Virus record (IMG/VR): IMGVR_UViG_2917393062_000002
Span: 1 to 42,580 of that record
Origin: a virus
Lineage: Duplodnaviria; Heunggongvirae; Uroviricota; Caudoviricetes
DNA length: 42,580 nucleotides
Reading direction: 5' to 3' (one strand)
The position numbers and the translations under genes were made by a program. Each line of letters begins with the position of its first letter. The stretch's first letter is position 1. Below are positions 18,371-25,563 of this stretch, in pieces. The notes under the pieces are model-generated. The model was not told the origin of the DNA. It ran no database searches and saw only the letters and a list, made by a program, of their open reading frames with translations.

Positions 18371-18590
18371 TGTCTACCTTGTCTACCTGATTACATAAAA
18401 GTTGTTTTAATTCAGTGTATTAATTTAGGTAGACAGCTTTTTTTTACTGTCTACAAGCTATCTACACTGTCTACCTGTTTTTGTAGCCAGCCGGAGGGAT
18501 GAGTAGACATCAGGTAGATAGTGGTTTTTTACTGTCTACATCCATTAAACCCGCGTCATTACTGGCCTGAGCATCTATCAGGTAGACAGA
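18371..18590 (+). repeat. Iteron array / candidate island replication origin
   Basis: At least 10 copies of TGTCTAC(C/A) or its complement GGTAGACA in both orientations, interspersed with A/T tracts, directly downstream of the primase/helicase gene. Confidence 0.75.
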
Positions 18591-18645
18591 GTAGACAAGG
18601 TGGGGGTAGGCCTAAAACTTTTTAAACGAGGGGGTAAAAATAAAA

Positions 18646-18903
18646 ATGCACACATCAGAAAAATTTAACAATCAGAAGAAATCACATAACCGCGCCATTG
18701 ACCTTACAGAGCACTGGCTGAGGGTGGCGATAAAAATCATCGACCGCAACGCGGGAGAAGGATACGCGAAAGCGCATCCCGAACTGATAAGCGCATTCAT
18801 GAACACAGCGGCGGCAAACTTTGCCACGCTGACAGAACGGGAGATTGCGGAAGCGGAACAGGTGACAACTATCAACGTTAAAACCGGAGAACAGACAGCA
18901 TGA
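18646..18903 (+). CDS. Hypothetical protein
   Basis: 85 aa; GAGGGGG upstream; stop overlaps SSB start. Confidence 0.4.
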   Translation: MHTSEKFNNQKKSHNRAIDLTEHWLRVAIKIIDRNAGEGYAKAHPELISAFMNTAAANFATLTEREIAEAEQVTTINVKTGEQTA

Positions 18904-19322
18904 CAGCACAGATAGCGGCTTACGGGCGGCTGGTGGCTGACCCGCAGTTAAAGACCACCAGCAAGGGAACACAAATGGCGATGGCGAGTATGGCTGTTCC
19001 CCTGCCGTGCAGCCAGGCCGATGACGGAACGGCGACAATGTGGTTATCCGTCCTGGCGTTTTGCAGACAGGCCGACGCACTGGCAAAACACCGCAAAGGC
19101 GAACTGGTGAGCGTGGCGGGTAACATGCAGGTAAGCCAGTGGACAGGCCAGAACGGCGAAACGCGGCAGGGCTGGCAGGTTATCGCAGACAGCGTAATCA
19201 GTGCGCGAACGGCGCGACCGGGCGGCAAAAAAGGCCAGCAGGGCCAGGCTACTGACGCACTGAACAGGGCAAAACAACAGGCGGGAAATGATGATCCGTA
19301 CGGGGATAACATACCGTTTTAA
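18900..19322 (+). CDS. ssb: Single-stranded DNA-binding protein (SSB-like)
   Basis: 140 aa; OB-fold-like core (LSVLAFCRQADALAKHRKGELVSVAGNMQVSQWTGQNGETRQGWQVIADSV), Gly/Gln linker and acidic tail ending DNIPF like SSB DDDIPF. Confidence 0.7.
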   Translation: MTAQIAAYGRLVADPQLKTTSKGTQMAMASMAVPLPCSQADDGTATMWLSVLAFCRQADALAKHRKGELVSVAGNMQVSQWTGQNGETRQGWQVIADSVISARTARPGGKKGQQGQATDALNRAKQQAGNDDPYGDNIPF

Positions 19323-19338
19323 GCAACGAGTGACAGAA

Positions 19339-19362
19339 GCCGGGATTTTTCCCGGTTTTTTT
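19339..19362 (+). terminator. Rho-independent terminator
   Basis: CCGGG-atttt-CCCGG + TTTTTTT after ssb. Confidence 0.65.
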
Positions 19363-19364
19363 AT

Positions 19365-19450
19365 GGGTCCTTCCTGAAAAATGGAACACCGAGGGGATGC
19401 GGACGCGCAGAAAACGGCTGGTTTTTGCATTTTCATGGTGGCGGCAGCAT
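19365..19450 (+). repeat. Copy B of the conserved element
   Basis: TTTTTTTATGGGTCCTTCCTGAAAAATGGAACACCGAGGGGATGCGGACGCGCAGAAAA...GCAGCAT; identical to copy C over about 55 bp including spacing from the upstream terminator. Confidence 0.6.
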
Positions 19451-19730
19451 GTGTGATAATTAATTGATAATTAAAAATTATTTCTGTTTTCACCTGTACA
19501 ATCTTTTTTCTCCCCCTGTCATCAGACCAGTTTGCAATTAATTGAAATATATAAACAAATTTGTTTTTCACCTGCCAAATGGAGCTGCCTATGTCAAATG
19601 TGATTGGGATTGGTGATGCTTATCACTGGCACACAAAAATGAATATTGCATATTTTGCAATGCAATTGATCATCATTGCATTTTGATCAACACTGCACAC
19701 TTCAAATATCAGTCTGAAACGAGGTGTTAC

Positions 19731-19934
19731 GTGAACGAAAAGAAAGCTGTATCGGTTTATCTCGACAATGAAACGGCGCTTGCCCTGTACCGTTTGCGCG
19801 AAGATATTCGCAAGAAAAATGCAGAAACGGGAATGGATCTTCCCACGCCAACAGTCGGCTGGCTTGCCCGTTCATTGTTGCGTCAAAGCCTGGGAATTAA
19901 GGCAGACAAAAAAGATTTGCCTCATGAGGGGTAA
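19731..19934 (+). CDS. Hypothetical small protein
   Basis: GTG 7 nt after GAGG; 67 aa; immediately upstream of island capsid gene. Confidence 0.35.
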   Translation: MNEKKAVSVYLDNETALALYRLREDIRKKNAETGMDLPTPTVGWLARSLLRQSLGIKADKKDLPHEG

Positions 19935-19936
19935 GG

Positions 19937-21781
19937 TTGATGGAAATTTCATTGTATGAGCCAATCGAAGGCGTAACCGCAAGACAGTTCCGCGATTCAC
20001 TTATGGCTGCAAAAGGCCCGGTTACGGTTGCCATAAACAGCGGTGGCGGAAATGTAACTGACGGCATGGCGATGTTTAACGCCCTGAGAACGTACAAAGG
20101 CCACACGGTCGCAAGAATCGACGGTATCGCCGCATCAATGGCTACCATTGTTGCGCTCGGTGCCCGGCGTGTCGTGATGGCTGATAACGGCTGGTGGATG
20201 ATCCATAACCCGTGGGGCGTTTTTGTTGGTGAATCGGAAGATCTCCGCAAAAAAGCCGACATGATGGAAAAAATCGGCAAGGCAATGCTTGATACCTACG
20301 TTGCCAAAACCGGATTACCGGAATCAGAAATCAAAGCCATGATGGATGCTGAAACATGGCTGACGGCTGAGGAAGCGAAAGAAAAAGGATTTATTGATGA
20401 AATTTATCCGGCAGAGGGACAGGCATTAGCCATGGCCCCTGGTTGCGGATCACTGGTAGAGAAATTTACCAGAACGCCGGAAAGCATCATCGCATCGATG
20501 AAGAAAGGCGACACGGGATCAGCAAACGAAAGAGAGAAGCGAAAAAAAGAAGCCGACGTTTTGTTTGCTTACTGGAAGAATTCTTCGTATGAGTGGTTGC
20601 CAGGAATTGTTGAAGAATTTATCAGCGGTTCCATCACTGCCGAAGAAGCACGTAAAAAACACTTAGAAAAACTGGCGGAAGAGACAACGCCGTGCGCAGG
20701 ACCAGGAGCAATGAACATGTATGCAGGTAACGGTAATATTGTTGGGGATTCAGTAAAAGCGGCGCTTATGGCACGCAGTGGACTGGCGGATGTGGAAAAA
20801 GATAACCGCTATAACGGTTATTCATTGCGGGAACTGGCGCGCGCTTCTCTGGTGGATCGTGGGGTAAGCGGCATTCCAGGTAATCCGCTGGGCATGGTTG
20901 GAATGGCGTTTACTCACAGCAGTAGTGATTTTGGCGGCATTCTTGCGGACGTGGCGCATAAATCATTACTGAAAGGCTGGGAAGATTCGCCGGAGACGTT
21001 CCACGCCTGGACGAAAAAAGGCACTCTGACAGATTTTAAGGTTGCCCATCGTGTTGGTATGGATGGTTTTAAATCTCTGCGAAAAGTTTTGCCAGGCAGC
21101 GAATATAAATACGCGTCCACGTCCGATCGCAGCGAGCCAATTGCACTGGCAACTTATGGCGAACTGTTCAGCATAGATCGCCAGGCAATCATCAATGACG
21201 ACATGAGCGCACTGACTTCAATCCCCCAGCAAATGGGGGCAGCAGCAAGCCGCACAGTCGGGGATCTGGTTTATGCCGTTCTCGTGGCCAATCAGAAGAT
21301 GGGCGATAAAAACCCGCTCTTTGATGCGAAACACAGCAATCTGATTAACAGCGAACTTGATATTCCAGGCCTGAGTGCAGCCCGTAAAGCTATGCGTATG
21401 CAAAAAAATAATGCTGGTGCTGTACTGAATATTCCGCCTCGTTTCCTGTTAGTTCCGGTAGAACTGGAAGACAGAGCAACCCAGCTTATTCGTTCTACGT
21501 CGCTACCAGACGCGCAGAACAGCGGTGTGTTTAACCCATACAATGATGCACTGACAGTAATCACAGAGGCGCGACTTGATGCCGACAGCGTGAAATCCTG
21601 GTATCTGCTTGCGGGTCAGGGAAGTGATACAATTGAAGTCGCTTATCTCGATGGTATTGATACCCCGTACCTGGAACAGCAGCAGGGCTTTACGGTTGAC
21701 GGCGTAACTTTCAAAGTGCGCATTGATGCCGGAGTTTCTCCTCTGGACTGGCGCGGGATGGTTAAGTCATCAGGTGGTTAA
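19937..21781 (+). CDS. Island prohead protease (ClpP-like)-linker-major capsid protein fusion
   Basis: 614 aa; N-terminal ClpP/S14-like domain; C-terminal ~330 aa about 70% identical by eye to the helper capsid domain (GNGNIVGDS...IEVAYLDGIDTPYLEQQQGFTVDG). Confidence 0.8.
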   Translation: MMEISLYEPIEGVTARQFRDSLMAAKGPVTVAINSGGGNVTDGMAMFNALRTYKGHTVARIDGIAASMATIVALGARRVVMADNGWWMIHNPWGVFVGESEDLRKKADMMEKIGKAMLDTYVAKTGLPESEIKAMMDAETWLTAEEAKEKGFIDEIYPAEGQALAMAPGCGSLVEKFTRTPESIIASMKKGDTGSANEREKRKKEADVLFAYWKNSSYEWLPGIVEEFISGSITAEEARKKHLEKLAEETTPCAGPGAMNMYAGNGNIVGDSVKAALMARSGLADVEKDNRYNGYSLRELARASLVDRGVSGIPGNPLGMVGMAFTHSSSDFGGILADVAHKSLLKGWEDSPETFHAWTKKGTLTDFKVAHRVGMDGFKSLRKVLPGSEYKYASTSDRSEPIALATYGELFSIDRQAIINDDMSALTSIPQQMGAAASRTVGDLVYAVLVANQKMGDKNPLFDAKHSNLINSELDIPGLSAARKAMRMQKNNAGAVLNIPPRFLLVPVELEDRATQLIRSTSLPDAQNSGVFNPYNDALTVITEARLDADSVKSWYLLAGQGSDTIEVAYLDGIDTPYLEQQQGFTVDGVTFKVRIDAGVSPLDWRGMVKSSGG

Positions 21782-21807
21782 CAGATAATCAGGCATGTTA
21801 TGTTTTT

Positions 21808-21833
21808 TTGCGGCCTTCGGGCCGCTTTTTTTA
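21808..21833 (+). terminator. Rho-independent terminator
   Basis: GCGGCC-ttcg-GGCCGC flanked by T-runs. Confidence 0.65.
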
Positions 21834-21834
21834 T

Positions 21835-21920
21835 GGGTCCTTCCTGAAAAATGGAACACCGAGGGGATGCGGACGCGCATAAATCGAGAGATTTTTGATA
21901 TTTTATGCGTGCAGCAGCAT
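21835..21920 (+). repeat. Copy C of the conserved element
   Basis: Same core as A and B; about 110-160 bp upstream of island terS. Confidence 0.6.
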
Positions 21921-21993
21921 AAGTTTAATGCTTTGATTTTTAACATTATTGATTTGTTTTGTTGAAAAAGCGACCGTGCAGTGAGGTGGTAAA

Positions 21994-22476
21994 GTGGAAC
22001 TGAGCAAAATGCAGGTTAATGTCTCACAACTGGCAGACCTGGTAGGCATGAATCGAAATCTTGTTTCACGCCGTTTGCGTGAGCTGGAGCTTGTTGGCGG
22101 GAATGGTGAGAATCTTAAACTGTATGAACTCGGTCCGGCACTTCAGGCACTACTGACCCCATCAATGAAAGAAAATGGTGAAATGTCACCACAGGATCGG
22201 AAAGCCTGGTATCAGTCAGAAAATGAAAGGCTGAAATTTGAAGCAGCTTCACGTGAATTACTCCCTGTCGAAGAGGTGGCCCGTGAATATTCATCTCTGG
22301 CTAAAGCCGTAGTCATGGTGCTGGAAACGTTGCCGGATATTCTTGAGCGCGATTGCGCTCTCCAGCCTTCCGCAGTCATACGAGTGCAACGCATTATTGA
22401 TGATCTACGTGATGAAATGGCGAGAAAAATTGCAGAAAGCGATTCAGATAATGGCTGGCCTGCATGTACAAGATGA
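21994..22476 (+). CDS. terS: Island terminase small subunit paralogue
   Basis: 160 aa; C-terminal half almost identical to helper TerS (VLETLPDILERDCAL.PSAV.RVQ.IIDDLRDE), N-terminal HTH region divergent. Confidence 0.65.
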   Translation: MELSKMQVNVSQLADLVGMNRNLVSRRLRELELVGGNGENLKLYELGPALQALLTPSMKENGEMSPQDRKAWYQSENERLKFEAASRELLPVEEVAREYSSLAKAVVMVLETLPDILERDCALQPSAVIRVQRIIDDLRDEMARKIAESDSDNGWPACTR

Positions 22477-22692
22477 GTGAACTGCTGGAAAGAAACGGCT
22501 ACGGGAAAGAACCATTATCGTGATGGTATTGCGATATCAAAATTCATTTATAGCGACATATTTAGCTTTTAATTAGTATTGCCGCCTTTTTTTCTTTTTT
22601 ATCACTTAAACAGGTACTAAATCTTGGACTATGTAGATGGGGCCATAGCAAAATAGTATTTTATAATCATTTAGTTACCTTTTATTTACTTC

Positions 22693-22702
22693 TTCCTGGA
22701 TG
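22693..22702 (+). other. Right junction (attR-like) with core CTGGATG
   Basis: AT-rich island DNA ...TTCTTCCTGGATG|GAAGGGCCGG resumes terL coding sequence. Confidence 0.5.
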
Positions 22703-23827
22703 GAAGGGCCGGCTGCTGCGTATCAGACCTGGGCGCAACTGGTTTACAAACTACTGACTGCTGAGCAGGAATATGAAGCCACAGGCAGTGAGGAAACACT
22801 GAAGGCGGTGATTAACACCGACTGGGGATTACCTTATTTGCCTCGTTCCGCAATGGAGCTGCGTAGTGCGGATGTTCTGATGCAGCGGGCCGAGGACTAC
22901 GGTAAGCGCCTGGTACCGCCGAAAGTACGTTTTCTTATTGCGGCTGTGGACGTGCAGGGCGGGAAGAACCGACGGTTTGTGGTGCAGATTATTGGCTATG
23001 GCGAGGACGGCGAACGCTGGCTGGTGGACCGTTATAACATCCGACAGTCATTGCGCTGCGATGAAAATGGCGAAGCATTACCTGTGCATCCCGGGGCTTA
23101 TCCTGAAGACTGGCAGTTGCTGGTCACCGATGTACTGGAGAAAACGTATCCGCTCCAGTCCGATCCGGCCCGCAGAATGCCTGTACTGGCAATGGCGGTG
23201 GACAGTGGTGGTGAGGACGGGGTGACGGATAACGCCTATAAATTCTGGCGAAAATGTCGTCAGGATGGACTGGGGCGACGGGTTTTTCTGGTAAAGGGAG
23301 ACAGCACGAAACGCCAGAAAATTATCACCATCACACACCCGGATAATACCGGGCGAAGCGATCGTCGTGCTGATGCTCAGGGAAAGGTGCCGGTATATCT
23401 CCTGCAGACAGACCTGCTGAAAGATCAACTAAGCAATAACCTGCAACGTGAAATGCCCGGACCGGGCTACATTCATTTTCCTGACTGGCTCGGGGAGTGG
23501 TTTTATGAAGAGTTGACCTATGAGGAACGCGGTGCTGACGGGAAATGGCGCAAGCCGGGAAAAGGGAATAACGAAGCGTTTGACCTTTTTTGCTATGCCC
23601 ATGCTGTCGCCATTCTGCGTGGCTATGAAAAAATCCGTGACTGGAGCAATCCTCCCCAGTGGGCAAGGGGGCAGGATGCTGATGCGGGGGCTTCAGCAGA
23701 CAGACGTTCTTCCGGCACAGTGGACAAGAAAAACGTTGCCGGAAGAGATGAGCGGCAAAAAGCAGCGTCGCCGGAAGCGTTATCCGGAAACTGGTTATCA
23801 CTACCCCGAAACGGAGGATGGTTGTGA
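22700..23827 (+). CDS. terL: Terminase large subunit, C-terminal (nuclease) part
   Basis: 375 aa GpA-like C-terminal domain; in frame with 11704..12696 once 12697..22702 is removed. Confidence 0.8.
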   Translation: MEGPAAAYQTWAQLVYKLLTAEQEYEATGSEETLKAVINTDWGLPYLPRSAMELRSADVLMQRAEDYGKRLVPPKVRFLIAAVDVQGGKNRRFVVQIIGYGEDGERWLVDRYNIRQSLRCDENGEALPVHPGAYPEDWQLLVTDVLEKTYPLQSDPARRMPVLAMAVDSGGEDGVTDNAYKFWRKCRQDGLGRRVFLVKGDSTKRQKIITITHPDNTGRSDRRADAQGKVPVYLLQTDLLKDQLSNNLQREMPGPGYIHFPDWLGEWFYEELTYEERGADGKWRKPGKGNNEAFDLFCYAHAVAILRGYEKIRDWSNPPQWARGQDADAGASADRRSSGTVDKKNVAGRDERQKAASPEALSGNWLSLPRNGGWL

Positions 23828-24042
23828 AAAAAGATGAGATTTTCCAGATGCTGGTTATCGTGCGTCAGGCATACAGGGATTCCCTGGATGGTAAAAGTGT
23901 GTCTTTTACCGGGGTGAATGGCAGGGCGATCACCAACCATGATCCTGTTGCATTGCGCAGGGAGCTTGAATACTGGGAAAAACGCTGGGCGGCGGCCTGC
24001 CAGCCCACAAGGAAACCGTACAAACTCGCCCGTTTCTCCTGA
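23818..24042 (+). CDS. Head-tail joining protein, lambda gpW-like
   Basis: 74 aa between terL and portal; gpW-like pattern (GKSVSFTGVNGRAIT...RRELEYWEKR). Confidence 0.5.
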   Translation: MVVKKDEIFQMLVIVRQAYRDSLDGKSVSFTGVNGRAITNHDPVALRRELEYWEKRWAAACQPTRKPYKLARFS

Positions 24043-24051
24043 GGTTTTTTT

Positions 24052-25563
24052 ATGGGTTTTTTTGATAAAGCACTTGGCGCAATTGCGCCAGGGTGGGCGG
24101 TTTCGCGCGCCAGAAACAAAATGCTGCTGAGAGCTTATGAGGCGGCGCAGCCTTCACGCCTGAATAAAGCCCGGCGCGAGAGTCGTTCTGCCGAGACTGC
24201 GGTTTTTTCTGCCTGTACCTCGTTAAGGGAGCAGGCCAGGGCGCTGGATGAAGATCACGATATCGTGATTGGTCTGCTGGATAAGCTGGAAGAGCGGGTT
24301 ATTGGCGCGCAGGGGATCCAGGTTGAACCACAACCACTGAGAAGCGATGGCACCCTGCATGAATCGCTGGCAGAGCAGATCTCGGCATTGTGGTCTGAAT
24401 GGTCTGTTCGCCCTGAGGTCACGGGGATGTTCACCCGTCCGGAGGCCGAACGGATGGCATTGCGATCTGCTTTGCGTGATGGCGAGATGTTCGTACAACT
24501 GGTGCGTGGTCCTGTCGCCGGTCTGAATCATTCCACTGTGGTGCCATTATCACTGGAACTTCTCGAAGCAGATTTTGTTCCGGTCAGTCTGAACACGAAC
24601 GCGGGTCAGCAAGTCCGTCAGGGCATTATTCTTAACAACTGGGGGCGGCCTGTAGGGTATCGGGTTTATAAATACCATCCTGCAAATATGCGTGGATTCA
24701 GCGCCGATCTCAAAACTGTTCACGCAGACAGCATGCTTCATCTGGCGATGCGGAAACGGCTTCATCAGGTGAGAGGTGTCAGCCTGTTACATGGTGTGAT
24801 TCGCCGGATTGCTGATCTGAAAGATTACGAAGAATCAGAGCGTGTGGCTGCCCGTATTGCTGCCGCGCTGGGTTTCTACATTAAGCGTGGTGATGCCGCC
24901 AGCTTTCCGACGGATAACGACTGGACACCCACAGAACAAAAACCCCGGTATTTTGATATTTCACCGGGCATGATTTTTGACGAACTGGCCCCCGGTGAAG
25001 ATCTGGGGATGGTGGAGTCGAATCGTCCGAATGTTCATCTTTATGAATTCCGGAACGGGCAGTTGCGTGCTGTGGCTGCCGGAACCCGTGGCAGTTATTC
25101 CAGTATTGCCCGTGACTATAACGGCTCCTACAGTTCGCAGCGTCAGGAGCTGGTGGAAGGTTACGAAGGCTACGGGGTTTTACAGCAGTGGTTTGTCGGT
25201 CAGTACAGCCGCCCGGTGTACCGGGCATGGCTGGAGCAGGCGATACCTTTTCTTGAAATTTCTCCTGATGTGGATATGTCCACACTTTTCAATGCCACTT
25301 ATCTTGGCCCGGTGATGCCGTGGATTGATCCGGTGAAGGAGGCTGCAGCATGGCGGGCCATTCTTCGCGGTGGTGCCGGGACGGAGGCTGAGTGGATACG
25401 TGCCCGTGGGCAGTCACCGCAGGAGGTCAAACGTCAGCGACTGCGTGAAACTGAATTTAACCGGGAAAACGGGCTGGTGTTCGATTCTGACGCCGCTAAC
25501 GATAAAGGAGCGATCCCTGATGCAGCAAATGATAAACCCGCGTCTTCGCGGGACGATGATTAA
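24052..25563 (+). CDS. Portal protein (lambda B-like)
   Basis: 503 aa; size and position between W and protease/capsid; acidic C-terminus. Confidence 0.75.
   Translation: MGFFDKALGAIAPGWAVSRARNKMLLRAYEAAQPSRLNKARRESRSAETAVFSACTSLREQARALDEDHDIVIGLLDKLEERVIGAQGIQVEPQPLRSDGTLHESLAEQISALWSEWSVRPEVTGMFTRPEAERMALRSALRDGEMFVQLVRGPVAGLNHSTVVPLSLELLEADFVPVSLNTNAGQQVRQGIILNNWGRPVGYRVYKYHPANMRGFSADLKTVHADSMLHLAMRKRLHQVRGVSLLHGVIRRIADLKDYEESERVAARIAAALGFYIKRGDAASFPTDNDWTPTEQKPRYFDISPGMIFDELAPGEDLGMVESNRPNVHLYEFRNGQLRAVAAGTRGSYSSIARDYNGSYSSQRQELVEGYEGYGVLQQWFVGQYSRPVYRAWLEQAIPFLEISPDVDMSTLFNATYLGPVMPWIDPVKEAAAWRAILRGGAGTEAEWIRARGQSPQEVKRQRLRETEFNRENGLVFDSDAANDKGAIPDAANDKPASSRDDD

Larger units (their letters stand above)
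12697..22699 (+). mobile_element. ~10 kb integrative satellite/PICI-like island inserted within terL
   Basis: Bounded by direct CTGGATG cores; integrase at the left end; own ori, primase, SSB, repressor/operator module and paralogous capsid and terS genes; excision at the core restores an uninterrupted in-frame terL. Confidence 0.6.

Noticed and set aside
18371-18590. Short-repeat array considered as a possible CRISPR array
   Set aside because: Repeat unit is only 8 bp, occurs in both orientations with irregular short spacers, and sits directly after a replication initiator gene; this fits ori iterons, not CRISPR.
19365-19450. Small ORF inside the conserved element (MEHRGDADAQK... in copy B)
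   Set aside because: The ATG and reading frame are not conserved in copy A and the peptide length differs between B and C, so conservation is at the nucleotide level.
11204-22476. The two terS copies and two capsid copies as a tandem duplication within one phage
   Set aside because: The segment between them carries an integrase, its own ori, repressor module and att-like direct repeats that split terL precisely, which fits insertion of a distinct element better than duplication.
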